Translations under genes and position numbers: made by a program
The notes under the pieces: model-generated
What the model was told of the DNA's origin: nothing
The model's input: only the letters and a program-made list of their open reading frames with translations
Database searches by the model: none
Shown: positions 20,410-29,306 of the stretch, piece after piece
Position numbering within the stretch: the stretch's first letter is position 1
How the letters are laid out: each line of letters begins with the position of its first letter
Assembly: GCF_937859865.1 (NCBI RefSeq)
Contig: NZ_CALMAT010000092.1
Coordinates: 46,198 to 110,197, forward strand
Reading direction: 5' to 3'
Length of the DNA: 64,000 nucleotides
Source of the DNA: an uncultured Mucilaginibacter sp.
GTDB lineage: Bacteria > Bacteroidota > Bacteroidia > Sphingobacteriales > Sphingobacteriaceae

Positions 20410-20823
20410 TTATTTAAAACTAAAGATTTCTTTAGAGGGATTATTACTACTGACATTTCTAATAGCTAGATATTTCTTGCTATAAGTAAATGACACTACA
20501 AGGATACCCAGAAATATCAATGGCATTATGGCAACTAATATTGGGTCGCCGCTTGATGTGTGGGCAATAAACGCTGAAATAAATGTTATTCCAAATCCCA
20601 CATAAGCCATATCCTTTATTTCCTTCGGGATAAATGGCAGCAACAAAACTATAACACCGATGATTTTTGCTATTGCGAGTTCAATTCTAAAGTAATTTGG
20701 AAAGCCAAGATGTACAAAAGCAGCTTTCATTTCTTGGTTCGTTAAGTAACTAAAGGCACTAAAGAGCATCATAGCTCCAATTATTCCTGTAGCTGTCCAG
20801 TAGATGATTTTATTCTTTTTCAT
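20410..20823 (-). CDS. DoxX-family membrane protein
   Basis: 137 aa with four predicted TM helices in DoxX-like organisation. Co-oriented with the pirin gene. Confidence 0.65.
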   Translation of the reverse strand: MKKNKIIYWTATGIIGAMMLFSAFSYLTNQEMKAAFVHLGFPNYFRIELAIAKIIGVIVLLLPFIPKEIKDMAYVGFGITFISAFIAHTSSGDPILVAIMPLIFLGILVVSFTYSKKYLAIRNVSSNNPSKEIFSFK

Positions 20824-20845
20824 TTTGTTTACTTATTGTTTTAAA

Positions 20846-21439
20846 TTAGAGTTTAATCAAATTTTGAAGTGATAAAAGGCCTTTCGCCTCTTGAAGTTTA
20901 CCGCCGGCAGCTAATTCGCCTAAGTCAACCGGGGCAAAGCCAATAGCCTTTATCATTTCGCTTACCGCTGCTTTTGCTTCTTTGTCGTCTCCGGAAACAA
21001 AAAGCACACGATGCCCATTTTCCATTACGGGGTCTGCTGCCAGCACTTTAGCGGCAAGCGTATTAAAAGCTTTCACTATTCTTGCCCCCGGAAGATGATC
21101 CTGCACTACTTGGCTGGAAGCCCTGCCGCCTAAATCCTCCACCTGATAATCAGGGGTAAAGTGGTTGGTGGCATCAATTATAATTTTGCCTTCCCAATCT
21201 CTAACTGGAGTTAGGTTTTTGACTTTTGACCATGGTAAGGCCAATAGTACAATATCGGCATCGGCAGCCTCGGCCGTCGTTGCCGCTTTTGCCCCTTTCC
21301 CTAATTGTGATATGGTATTTTCCAATGTTTCAGGTCCCTTGCTATTACTGATAATAACAGGGATATTATTTTTTAATAAATGGGCAGCAACAGTTTTCCC
21401 GATGTTTCCTGCCCCAATAATTCCAATTGTTTTTTTCAT
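20846..21439 (-). CDS. NADP-dependent oxidoreductase (F420-oxidoreductase/ProC-like Rossmann domain)
   Basis: IGIIGAGNIGKTVAAHL dinucleotide-binding motif and overall similarity to NADPH-dependent F420 reductase-like proteins. Confidence 0.75.
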   Translation of the reverse strand: MKKTIGIIGAGNIGKTVAAHLLKNNIPVIISNSKGPETLENTISQLGKGAKAATTAEAADADIVLLALPWSKVKNLTPVRDWEGKIIIDATNHFTPDYQVEDLGGRASSQVVQDHLPGARIVKAFNTLAAKVLAADPVMENGHRVLFVSGDDKEAKAAVSEMIKAIGFAPVDLGELAAGGKLQEAKGLLSLQNLIKL

Positions 21440-21515
21440 TTTATTTGATTATTTAACAATGCAAAGATGCAGGCATGAACCGCCCTTCTCCAATGACATT
21501 TGAAGGAAAAAAACC

Positions 21516-21529
21516 TTGACAAATGTCAA
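21516..21529. promoter_or_regulatory. candidate Crp/Fnr-family operator TTGAC-AAAT-GTCAA
   Basis: Perfect 5-N4-5 inverted repeat, 77 nt upstream of the ATG at 21439 and 21 nt downstream of the Crp/Fnr gene stop. Same geometry as the FNR box TTGAT-N4-ATCAA. Confidence 0.5.
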
Positions 21530-21549
21530 AGGCAGTCAATAAAGATTGA

Positions 21550-22128
21550 TTACTTTTTCGTGGATTGACTTCTTACCCTGCTTAAAGTTTCAGCAGATAC
21601 GCCGAGGTAAGATGCAATCATGTGCAATGGCACACGATTGCCAATAGAAGGATACTTTAGAATAAAGTTGCTGTATTTTTCTTCGGCAGAAAAAGATATG
21701 CTGACATGAATGCGCTCTTGCAGGACCACAATATTTTTTCTAAGCGTGTCATTTACAAAATTATTAAAAGCTGGAATTGTCTTGCGGATCATTTCAAAAT
21801 CTTCTTTCTTCAGCAATAAAATTTCGCTGTCTTCGATGGCATCAATATTATATTTTGAAGGCAGGCCTGAGTCCATGCTTTCCCTGTCTCCTGTCCAGTA
21901 ATTTTCAGGAACAAACTGCATAATATGTTCCTGCCCTTTTTCGTCCGCATAATAATAGCGCAGAAAACCCTTGCATACAAACGCATTAAACCGGCACACA
22001 TCCCCTGCCTGTAAAAGGTATTGACGTTTCCGAAGCTTTTTAAATGACGAAACGGATTTGATCAACTCATAATCCTGATCGGTTAAAGCGATCTTGTCTT
22101 CTAAATATTTTCGGAATGTCTCAAACAT
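21550..22128 (-). CDS. Crp/Fnr family transcriptional regulator
   Basis: N-terminal cNMP-binding beta-roll and C-terminal HTH (ASYLGVSAETLSRVR). Confidence 0.85.
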   Translation of the reverse strand: MFETFRKYLEDKIALTDQDYELIKSVSSFKKLRKRQYLLQAGDVCRFNAFVCKGFLRYYYADEKGQEHIMQFVPENYWTGDRESMDSGLPSKYNIDAIEDSEILLLKKEDFEMIRKTIPAFNNFVNDTLRKNIVVLQERIHVSISFSAEEKYSNFILKYPSIGNRVPLHMIASYLGVSAETLSRVRSQSTKK

Positions 22129-22228
22129 AGTTTTAATAGATGATTATCAAAATCATGGATGTTCAAATAGGTGTCAGATGTTGTTTAGAGCCACGTACAA
22201 CTCGCTAATTGTCAAAAGCTTAAACCTC

Positions 22229-23665
22229 CTAAAAAATACTCGCATTCTTATCCGTCAATTTCTGCCATTTAGGTTCGATAACCAACTTCGGGTAATCGCG
22301 CCCCAATTGGATGCCATAAACAGCTAATTCAGAAGGTGTTAAAAAAAATGGTGTATGAATTTGCTTGCCGGAAATACCGCTTAACTCTGGCACCCAAACC
22401 TTTACGTATTGCCCTTTCGGGTCAATTTCTCCGGCTTGCTTAACTACATTTAAAGCCCGGTTTTCCTTCGAATCATTGCCTACACCGGCAATGGAAGCCC
22501 AATTGCCCCAATTGGTTGCCGGGCTGTAATCAATTAGTTTTTCTTCAAAATAAGCAGCGCCGCAAGTCCAGTTTACTTGCAAATCCTTCGCTAAAAAGCT
22601 GGCCGCATTGTACCTGCCGCGGATGCTGGTATAACCTGTTGCGTTGATTTCGCGCATTACGGCATCAATAAAAGGAACGCCGGTTTGCCCGGTTTTCCAT
22701 TTTTCAAAAAGTTCGTCCTGGTTGGCAGCTTCCGGCGGGGCCTGGCCTTTAAAGCCTTCTTTCTGAAAAAACTGGTCGCCATGCTTTTTAAACATAAACC
22801 GGTAATAATCCCGCCACAGCAGCTCCAGCACAATGGCATGGGTTGTCGCGTTGCTGCCATGCAGTTTTTCGTACTGCTGCACTTCCCAATAAATTTGCCG
22901 GGGCGAAATACAGCCCATCGACAACCAAACCGACATGGTATTGGCAAAATCGGCACCAACCTGTGCGGCTTTTTCCTGATTTTCTGCCTTAGAAAAATTA
23001 TGCAAGCGTTTTAAACCTTCCGATTCTCCGCCTACAAAACGCATTACGGCACGTTCATCATCAAAAGGTTCGGTCAAACCTAAGTCGGCCAAAGTCGGGA
23101 TTTCGCCTGCATCGGCAATTTCCGGCGTGGTTATTTTTTCGGGAGAAACGGCACAACGCCGAACCTGACTATCGCGTTCTACTTTTTTGCGGAAAACAGC
23201 AAAAGCATCCGGGATATCTTTGATCGGGAACGGCAAATCTTCTTTGTTGTACAGCGTGTGGCCGATAAAATGCTTCAGATTCAGTTTCTGTTTCCACAAC
23301 GCAGCTTCTACTTTGGCCGAAATACCGGTTTCTTCAAAAGCCACTTCGCGGTGGTGATAAACTTCGGAAACCTGATATTGCTGCGCCAGTTCGGGAATGA
23401 TCACAGCCGGATCGCCAACGCGGATTAGCAATTCTCCGCCTAAATTTTTTAATGTCTGACGCAAATCCGCCACAGATTCGTTGATAAAACGTGCCCTGAA
23501 GTTCCCTGTTTTTTGTGTGCCAAAAGAAGTATTGCGGTAATAAAACGGGTCAAAACAATAAACCGGCAAAACAGTGTCTGCCTTGTTCACGGCCTCTGTT
23601 AAAACCTCATTGTCCTGAACCCGAAGATCGTTTCTAAACCAAACTAAAATCGTTTTGCCGCTCAT
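22229..23665 (-). CDS. DASH-family cryptochrome (ssDNA photolyase type)
   Basis: ILVWFRNDLRVQDNEVL N-terminus, FAD-binding C-terminal domain (WRDYYRF, GWMSNRGR-like TSIRGRYNAASFL) and a length typical of Cry-DASH. Confidence 0.85.
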   Translation of the reverse strand: MSGKTILVWFRNDLRVQDNEVLTEAVNKADTVLPVYCFDPFYYRNTSFGTQKTGNFRARFINESVADLRQTLKNLGGELLIRVGDPAVIIPELAQQYQVSEVYHHREVAFEETGISAKVEAALWKQKLNLKHFIGHTLYNKEDLPFPIKDIPDAFAVFRKKVERDSQVRRCAVSPEKITTPEIADAGEIPTLADLGLTEPFDDERAVMRFVGGESEGLKRLHNFSKAENQEKAAQVGADFANTMSVWLSMGCISPRQIYWEVQQYEKLHGSNATTHAIVLELLWRDYYRFMFKKHGDQFFQKEGFKGQAPPEAANQDELFEKWKTGQTGVPFIDAVMREINATGYTSIRGRYNAASFLAKDLQVNWTCGAAYFEEKLIDYSPATNWGNWASIAGVGNDSKENRALNVVKQAGEIDPKGQYVKVWVPELSGISGKQIHTPFFLTPSELAVYGIQLGRDYPKLVIEPKWQKLTDKNASIF

Positions 23666-23710
23666 ATATTTAGTACAAATTAAGCATAAAATGGTTATTT
23701 ATGGTGATCT

Positions 23711-23857
23711 TTATTTAGCTCGGCGACAACGTTCGCTGCAATATTTTACTTCTTCCCAACATTTCTCCCACTTTTTTCGCCACGCAAAAGGACGGCCGCA
23801 TTGCACACAAATTTTAACTGGCAGGTTGGCTTTGGTGTATTTTTTGGTTTCGGGCAT
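23711..23857 (-). CDS. DUF2256 zinc-ribbon protein
   Basis: [48 protein letters not shown] from the ATG at 23857. This small protein commonly accompanies photolyase/cryptochrome genes. Confidence 0.7.
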   Translation of the reverse strand: MPETKKYTKANLPVKICVQCGRPFAWRKKWEKCWEEVKYCSERCRRAK

Positions 23858-23934
23858 CTGCAAATTTAACCGAAGGAAAGCTAAACTATCAATGAACAAA
23901 CAAATACAAGTTATGTTACTTTACAACTGCTAAC

Positions 23935-23960
23935 AAAATTTAGCCGATAAAAGAAGTATG
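23935..23960 (+). repeat. DRM, forward; last 3 nt are the SDR start codon
   Basis: aaaatttagccgataaaagaagtATG. Confidence 0.85.
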
Positions 23961-24674
23961 GGTTTAGAACAAAAAAACATGGTTGTTGCCGGCGGAAGTT
24001 CGGGCATCGGACTGGCTTTGGTGAAACAACTGGTTGCAGCAGGCGCCAAAGTTTTTGTAATTTCCAGGAACGCAGGAACAGAACTGCCGGAGGGCGTAAC
24101 GCATATCCCGCATGATTTTACCAATGCGGATACCGCTTTTGCCAGCCAATTGCCCGATAAAATACACGGGCTGGTTTATTCGGTCGGCTCCATCAATTTA
24201 AAACCTTTTCAGCGTTTGCAGCGCGAAGATTTTTTAAATGATTTTACGCTGAATGTTTTGGGCGCGGTTACGCTGGTGCAGCAGTCGCTTCAGGCTTTAA
24301 AAAATGCAGAAATGGCTTCGGTGGTTTTATTTAGCACGGTTGCAGCACGTACCGGAATGAGTTACCACACCAGCATTGCGGCTTCCAAAGGCGCAATTGA
24401 AAGTCTGGCGGTTTCTTTAGCGGCAGAATTTGTATCAAGCAAAATCCGCGTCAATGCAATTGCGCCTTCGTTGACCAATACGCCGCTTGCCCAACATTTA
24501 TTGAACACCGAAGAAAAGCAGGAAGCTTCGGCCAAAAGGCATCCGTTAGGAAAATACGGCCAGCCGGACGATATGGCAAACGCGGCCAGGTTTTTATTGT
24601 CGGATGAAAGTTCGTGGATTACGGGACAAATTATTGGCATAGATGGCGGCCTGTCGTCTTTAAAACCACTTTAA
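23958..24674 (+). CDS. SDR-family oxidoreductase
   Basis: VVAGGSSGIGLAL cofactor motif and catalytic YHTSIAASK. Start is either 23958 (an ATG formed by the end of a repeat copy) or the ATG at 23979. Confidence 0.85.
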   Translation: MGLEQKNMVVAGGSSGIGLALVKQLVAAGAKVFVISRNAGTELPEGVTHIPHDFTNADTAFASQLPDKIHGLVYSVGSINLKPFQRLQREDFLNDFTLNVLGAVTLVQQSLQALKNAEMASVVLFSTVAARTGMSYHTSIAASKGAIESLAVSLAAEFVSSKIRVNAIAPSLTNTPLAQHLLNTEEKQEASAKRHPLGKYGQPDDMANAARFLLSDESSWITGQIIGIDGGLSSLKPL

Positions 24675-24678
24675 ATCT

Positions 24679-25317
24679 ATGATTTACAATTACGATGCGT
24701 TGATGCAGATGGAAAAGCAATACCGCGCCATGTTCATCAACAGTTTGGGCGGGTTTAAAAGTTTGCAATTGCTGGGCACGGTTGACGAAGCCGGAAATAC
24801 CAACCTTTCTGTTTTTAGTTCGATTTTTCATCTCGGTGCCAATCCGCCGCTGGTTGGTATGGTTGCACGGCCGCCCGGTCCGCAGCACGATACTTTAAAA
24901 AACATCAAAACAACTGGATTTTATACGCTAAATAACGTTTTGGCTGATTTTTATAAGGAAGCACATCAAGCCAGCGCGCGTTATCCTTCCGGCGATTCCG
25001 AGTTTAAACATTGCGGTTTTACGGAAGCTTATGTGGCTGGTTTTAAAGCGCCTTATATTGCAGAATCTTCTTTGTCCATCGGTTTGGAACTGAAAGAAAT
25101 CATGCCGGTAACTTTAAACGAAACCAGCATTATCATTGGCGAAATTAAATGGGTTAAGGTTGATGAAGGGTTTGTAAGCGAAGATGGTTTTGTTGACCTG
25201 GAAAAAGCAGGTTCTGTTACGGCTTCCGGTTTGGATTCTTATCATACCACCAAAAAACTGGCGCGTTTAAGTTACGCCAAACCAGATAAATTTCCGGAAG
25301 AATTACAAGTTAAATAA
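24679..25317 (+). CDS. flavin reductase-like (FMN-binding split-barrel) protein
   Basis: Family-level resemblance (FINSLGGFKSLQLLGTVDEAGNTNLSVFSS). 4 nt after the SDR gene. Confidence 0.55.
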   Translation: MIYNYDALMQMEKQYRAMFINSLGGFKSLQLLGTVDEAGNTNLSVFSSIFHLGANPPLVGMVARPPGPQHDTLKNIKTTGFYTLNNVLADFYKEAHQASARYPSGDSEFKHCGFTEAYVAGFKAPYIAESSLSIGLELKEIMPVTLNETSIIIGEIKWVKVDEGFVSEDGFVDLEKAGSVTASGLDSYHTTKKLARLSYAKPDKFPEELQVK

Positions 25318-25324
25318 TTGTACT

Positions 25325-25366
25325 GATGCTTCTTTTACCCATGTTTTTTTAGTAAAGAGAAGCATT
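25325..25366. repeat. inverted DRM-core pair (hairpin) just after the flavin-reductase stop
   Basis: gatgcttcttttaccc...gtaaagagaagcatt; 13-bp stem with one mismatch. Confidence 0.6.
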
Positions 25367-25439
25367 TGTCAGCACAGCATCAAAGCTTACAACAGCGGCC
25401 TGGGCACCAAAAATTATACGTAAATTCATACCAGAAATA

Positions 25440-25465
25440 GATACTTCTTTTATCCGATAAAAATT
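25440..25465 (-). repeat. DRM, reverse; ends immediately before the ATG at 25466
   Basis: gatacttcttttatccgataaaaatt. Confidence 0.85.
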
Positions 25466-26119
25466 ATGATTTCTACAGAAAAAATCCAGAACGATTATAT
25501 TGATTACGTTTTAACGGAAGGCGAGCAGCCGAAATCCGTTTATATTTTTGCCAAAAAGCACGAGTTTTCCGAAGAAGAATTTTACCAGCATTTTGGCTCG
25601 TTTGAAGGTTTAGAGCAGAGCATTTGGACAGACCTCGCCTTGAAAACCATCGCCGAAATTAAAACCCAGGAAGTTTGGCCGCAATATTCATCGCGCGAAA
25701 AAGCTTTGTCGTTTTTCTACAGCTTTTTTGAATTATTGAAAGGTAAAAGAAGCTTTGCCGTTTTCAGCAGCAAACGCGCCGCCAAAGGCATGGGCACGCC
25801 CAGGATTTGGACGGGTTTGAAAGAGGAATTTGAAAATTTTAGCGTGCAGATTTTGCAGGAAGGCATCGAAACCGGCGAACTGGCCGACCGTAAATTTTTG
25901 GCCAATCGTTACAAAGATGCGTTGTGGATCCAATTTGGTTTTGTGTTGAATTTTTGGGTGAACGATGAATCCAAAGGTTTCGAGAAAACAGACGAAGCCA
26001 TCGAAAAAGGCGTAAATGTTACTTTCGATTTATTCCAACGTTCTCCGGTTGATAATTTGCTGGATTACGGCAAATTTTTGGTGAAGAACGGCGGGTTTAA
26101 AGAAAAGATGAAGTTTTAG
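25466..26119 (+). CDS. TetR/AcrR-like transcriptional regulator (divergent)
   Basis: The N-terminal SVYIFAKKHEFSEEEFYQHFGSFEGL resembles the TetR HTH plus FYxHF motif. Confidence 0.5.
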   Translation: MISTEKIQNDYIDYVLTEGEQPKSVYIFAKKHEFSEEEFYQHFGSFEGLEQSIWTDLALKTIAEIKTQEVWPQYSSREKALSFFYSFFELLKGKRSFAVFSSKRAAKGMGTPRIWTGLKEEFENFSVQILQEGIETGELADRKFLANRYKDALWIQFGFVLNFWVNDESKGFEKTDEAIEKGVNVTFDLFQRSPVDNLLDYGKFLVKNGGFKEKMKF

Positions 26120-26129
26120 TTTTAACTTA

Positions 26130-26588
26130 ATGGAACGGCTTTATCTTGATACTTCTGTTTTCGGCGGCTACTTTGATGTTGAATTTGAGTTTTGGACGAA
26201 GTTGTTGTTTGATAAAATAAAAGAAGGGAAGTATATAATCCTATATTCCCAAGTTAATGAATTAGAGTTAGAACTTGCCCCTGAAAGAGTAAAGAACTTG
26301 ATTTCACGTGTACCAAAGGATAGCTTAGAATTTATACTAAATTCTGCTGAAGCAGTCAATTTGGCTAAGTTGTATCTTAGTGAAAATGTAGTTGGCCACA
26401 CAAGTAGAACAGATTGTAACCACATTGCTTTGGCAACCCTTACTCGTGCAGATATATTAGTTAGTTGGAATTTTAAACATATTGTAAACGTGAACAGAAT
26501 ACGTGGATACAATGCAGTAAATGCAAAGTTGGGACACAAAAGTTTAGAAATAAGGACACCAAGAGAAATTTTAGAATATGAAGACTGA
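26130..26588 (+). CDS. PIN-domain protein (VapC-like toxin candidate)
   Basis: LYLDTSVF (first acidic residue), ELELE, TDCNHIALAT and ADILVSWNFKHI fit the PIN acidic quartet spacing. Confidence 0.55.
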   Translation: MERLYLDTSVFGGYFDVEFEFWTKLLFDKIKEGKYIILYSQVNELELELAPERVKNLISRVPKDSLEFILNSAEAVNLAKLYLSENVVGHTSRTDCNHIALATLTRADILVSWNFKHIVNVNRIRGYNAVNAKLGHKSLEIRTPREILEYED

Positions 26589-26763
26589 AGTTCAAGAAAG
26601 TGAATCCATGATTGCACAATTAAGAAAAATTCGCGATCAAATAGATAACGAAACAAAAGACATGACTACTGAACAAGTAGTTGCATACTTTAACCAGCAA
26701 AAAGGTTTATTTCCTAAATCCTATTGGAACAAGACGGGTGATTTGAAGCAGGAAAATAATTAA
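26578..26763 (+). CDS. small hypothetical protein, possible cognate partner of the PIN protein
   Basis: 61 aa; overlaps the PIN gene stop by 11 nt (ATGAAGACTGA). No recognisable domain. Confidence 0.35.
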   Translation: MKTEVQESESMIAQLRKIRDQIDNETKDMTTEQVVAYFNQQKGLFPKSYWNKTGDLKQENN

Positions 26764-26889
26764 TTGCGTTAGTAGAGCCGCTTGCAGGTGCGTGAAGGAT
26801 AGTAGTGGAAAGCCTGGAGTGAGGCACGAACGAGGACTTGGAACGAATAGCCCGACCCGTAGAGGCACGCCCAAAACAAAAACAACACC

Positions 26890-26915
26890 AATTTTTTGCC
26901 GATAAAAACAGCATG
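26890..26915 (+). repeat. DRM, forward (ACAG variant); last 3 nt are the probable ABC1 kinase start codon
   Basis: aattttttgccgataaaaacagcATG. Confidence 0.85.
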
Positions 26916-28235
26916 AGCGAAGAAAATAAAGAACAAAACAGCATACCAACATCCAAAGTACAGCGATCTGCCAAGTTTGTAAAAACGGGTTTTAAAATTG
27001 GTGGCAATTACGTAAAGCATTATTCGAAAAAGCTGTTTAACCCGGGCATGAACAATGATGAGCTGAACCAAGATAACGCAGCGGATATTTACGAATCGTT
27101 GAGCGAACTAAAAGGTTCAGCCTTGAAAGTGGCGCAAATGCTGAGCATGGACAAAAATATTTTGCCGACAGCTTATGTGGATAAATTCTCGCAATCGCAG
27201 TACAATGCGCCGCCACTTTCGGGCCCGCTGATTGTGCAGACCTTTAGAAAGTATTTTGGTAAATCGCCGGACCAGATTTTTGACAAGTTCAACCTAAAAT
27301 CAACCAATGCAGCTTCCATTGGACAAGTACATGAAGCGGAACTAAACGGGCAAAAGCTGGCCGTAAAAATACAATATCCCGGCGTTGGCGATTCTATTTC
27401 TTCGGATTTAAAACTCGTTAAACCTTTCGCTTTCCGCTTGTTGGGCATGAGCGAAAAGGAACTGGATATTTACATGCGCGAAGTGGAAGAACGCCTGTTG
27501 GAAGAAACCGATTATGAATTGGAAGTGCGCCGTTCCATCGAATTTACGCAGGCTTGCGCCGGTTTAAAAAATGTGGTTTTCCCAACTTATTATCCCGAAC
27601 TTTCCAAGAAACGCATTATTACGATGAGCTGGCTGGAAGGCAAACATTTGAAGGAATATATGCAAACCAACCCTTCGCAGGAAGAGCGGAATTTGATTGG
27701 CCAGGCGTTGTGGGATTTTTACAATTTTCAGCAGCACGAGTTGCGCGCTGTACATGCCGATCCGCATCCTGGAAATTTCATGATCACGCCGAAAGGCAAA
27801 TTAGGTGTAATTGATTTTGGCTGCATCAAAGAAATGCCCGACGATTTTTATTATCCGTTCTTTTCCACCACTTCTTCGGATTTGTTGCAGAATAAAGAGG
27901 AAACGATCAAAGCTTTCCGCCAGTTGGAAATGATTTTGCCGAACGACAGTCCGCAGCAAATTGAGTTTTATTACCAGGCGTACAAAGAAATGATCGGGCT
28001 TTTTGCCAAACCTTATATGACGGACAGTTTTGATTTTAGCCATTCAGAATTTTTTGACCGTTTATACTCTTTCGGAGAAAAAATTGCACGGATGCCGGAG
28101 TTTAAACAAGCACGCGGCGTAAAACATTTTATCTATGTTAACCGTACAAATTTTGGTTTGTACAATATTTTGCATGAATTGAAAGCAGAAGTACGGACAG
28201 ATACTTTCCGGCCGCATGTTCTGCTGGAGTACTGA
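26913..28235 (+). CDS. ABC1/UbiB (AarF) atypical kinase family protein
   Basis: LKVAQMLSMD, ASIGQVHEA, LAVKIQYPGV and VHADPHPGNF motifs. I prefer the ATG at 26913 (MSEENKEQ), which is formed by the end of a repeat copy, over the track start at 26838 inside a GC-rich non-coding-looking segment. Confidence 0.85.
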   Translation: MSEENKEQNSIPTSKVQRSAKFVKTGFKIGGNYVKHYSKKLFNPGMNNDELNQDNAADIYESLSELKGSALKVAQMLSMDKNILPTAYVDKFSQSQYNAPPLSGPLIVQTFRKYFGKSPDQIFDKFNLKSTNAASIGQVHEAELNGQKLAVKIQYPGVGDSISSDLKLVKPFAFRLLGMSEKELDIYMREVEERLLEETDYELEVRRSIEFTQACAGLKNVVFPTYYPELSKKRIITMSWLEGKHLKEYMQTNPSQEERNLIGQALWDFYNFQQHELRAVHADPHPGNFMITPKGKLGVIDFGCIKEMPDDFYYPFFSTTSSDLLQNKEETIKAFRQLEMILPNDSPQQIEFYYQAYKEMIGLFAKPYMTDSFDFSHSEFFDRLYSFGEKIARMPEFKQARGVKHFIYVNRTNFGLYNILHELKAEVRTDTFRPHVLLEY

Positions 28236-28239
28236 CACT

Positions 28240-28265
28240 AAAATTTAGCCGGTAAAAACAGTATG
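28240..28265 (+). repeat. DRM, forward (ACAG variant)
   Basis: aaaatttagccggtaaaaacagtatg; 5 nt after the ABC1 stop and 59 nt before the TetR ATG. Confidence 0.85.
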
Positions 28266-28274
28266 CTTATCTTT

Positions 28275-28304
28275 AAGCTCTTTTGGTAACTGCCAGAAGA
28301 GCTT
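28275..28304 (+). terminator. hairpin downstream of the ABC1 kinase gene
   Basis: aagctcttttgg-taactg-ccagaagagctt forms a 12-bp stem (one G-U pair). The following T-tract is weak. Confidence 0.4.
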
Positions 28305-28323
28305 TATCGTTTAAAGTAATCGT

Positions 28324-28941
28324 ATGGAAAACGCTACGGATCCGCAGGAAATCAAGAAAAACCAAATTTTGGAGGCTGCTTACAAACGGTTTTCGCAATT
28401 GGGTTATTCTAAAACCACGATGAACGATTTGGCCGGCGATTTGTCCATGTCAAAAGCATTGCTGTATTATTATTTTCCGGATAAAAGCCAGCTTTACACC
28501 GGTGTTATCCGGAAACTTTCTGCCGAATATCTTCTGGCGCTTCAACATAAAGTTGACCAAAATTGCACGATAAACGATGCATTTTATTTTATCCTGCAAC
28601 GGATCCACCGGACTGTCTCTTCCCACTATAACTTCTTTGATTATTTTAGGTTGAACCAGCAAAACATTCCGGATGTAATTTGGGACGTTTTACGCGAAAT
28701 CCATCAAACTGAAATAAACCTGTTGACGGCACTTTACCGCAAGCAGGTGAGCGATACTTTTGCCGAAACACACGATCTGCAGGAAATCATCGAATTGGTT
28801 TTTAAATCGTTGGACAGCGTTCAGCATTCTTCCGATAAGCAAAAACAGCCTTTTTTCCCGGATGCCGTGCAATTGGAAACCATTTATACACAAAAAAAGC
28901 TGTTGCTTCAAATTTTAATGCAAGGTTTAAATAATTTATAA
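28324..28941 (+). CDS. TetR/AcrR family transcriptional regulator
   Basis: ILEAAYKRFSQLGYSKTTMNDLAGDLSMSKALLYYYFPDK HTH signature. Confidence 0.85.
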   Translation: MENATDPQEIKKNQILEAAYKRFSQLGYSKTTMNDLAGDLSMSKALLYYYFPDKSQLYTGVIRKLSAEYLLALQHKVDQNCTINDAFYFILQRIHRTVSSHYNFFDYFRLNQQNIPDVIWDVLREIHQTEINLLTALYRKQVSDTFAETHDLQEIIELVFKSLDSVQHSSDKQKQPFFPDAVQLETIYTQKKLLLQILMQGLNNL

Positions 28942-29010
28942 GCCTGTAACATTACCCGTTTATTTTAGACTAATGGAAACACTTTTTCAATCAGGTTTTC
29001 ATAATTAAGG

Positions 29011-29168
29011 GCCTGTTTAAATTTCTATCAGTAAAAGTTTCCAATGCTTCTTTTATGCCTATAAATTCTGTTTTTAAATGATTGGCCGATACAAAAAGTA
29101 TAATAAACCAATGATTTTTAGGGGATAAAAGAAGCATTGAAAATATATTGAATAAAATTTAAACAGGC
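29011..29168. mobile_element. MITE-like ~158-bp element (copy A) with 14-bp terminal inverted repeats and an internal inverted DRM pair
   Basis: TIRs are gcctgtttaaattt (29011-29024) and aaatttaaacaggc (29155-29168). Internal DRM reverse copy at 29043-29067 and forward copy at 29113-29138. About 135 bp align with copy B at roughly 85-90 percent identity by eye. Confidence 0.5.
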
Positions 29169-29184
29169 TCTAAATAAAAAAACT

Positions 29185-29210
29185 AATTTTTAGGCGATAA
29201 AAGAAGCATT
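29185..29210 (+). repeat. DRM, forward
   Basis: aatttttaggcgataaaagaagcatt; 97 nt upstream of the TetR ATG at 29307. Confidence 0.85.
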
Positions 29211-29306
29211 GCCGTAAAAGCTGAAATAATAGGGACAATGTAAATAAAAAATAAAATGAAAAGGAAACTTTGGAACCTAAAAATGTTTCTTTAGTTTTGA
29301 CTTATC

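Noticed and set aside
26838-26912. Track start codon of the ABC1 kinase ORF at 26838.
   Set aside because: The extra 25 codons (MERIARPVEARPKQKQHQFFADKNS) run through the GC-rich island and a motif copy. The ATG at 26913 (MSEENKEQ) gives a conventional N-terminus.
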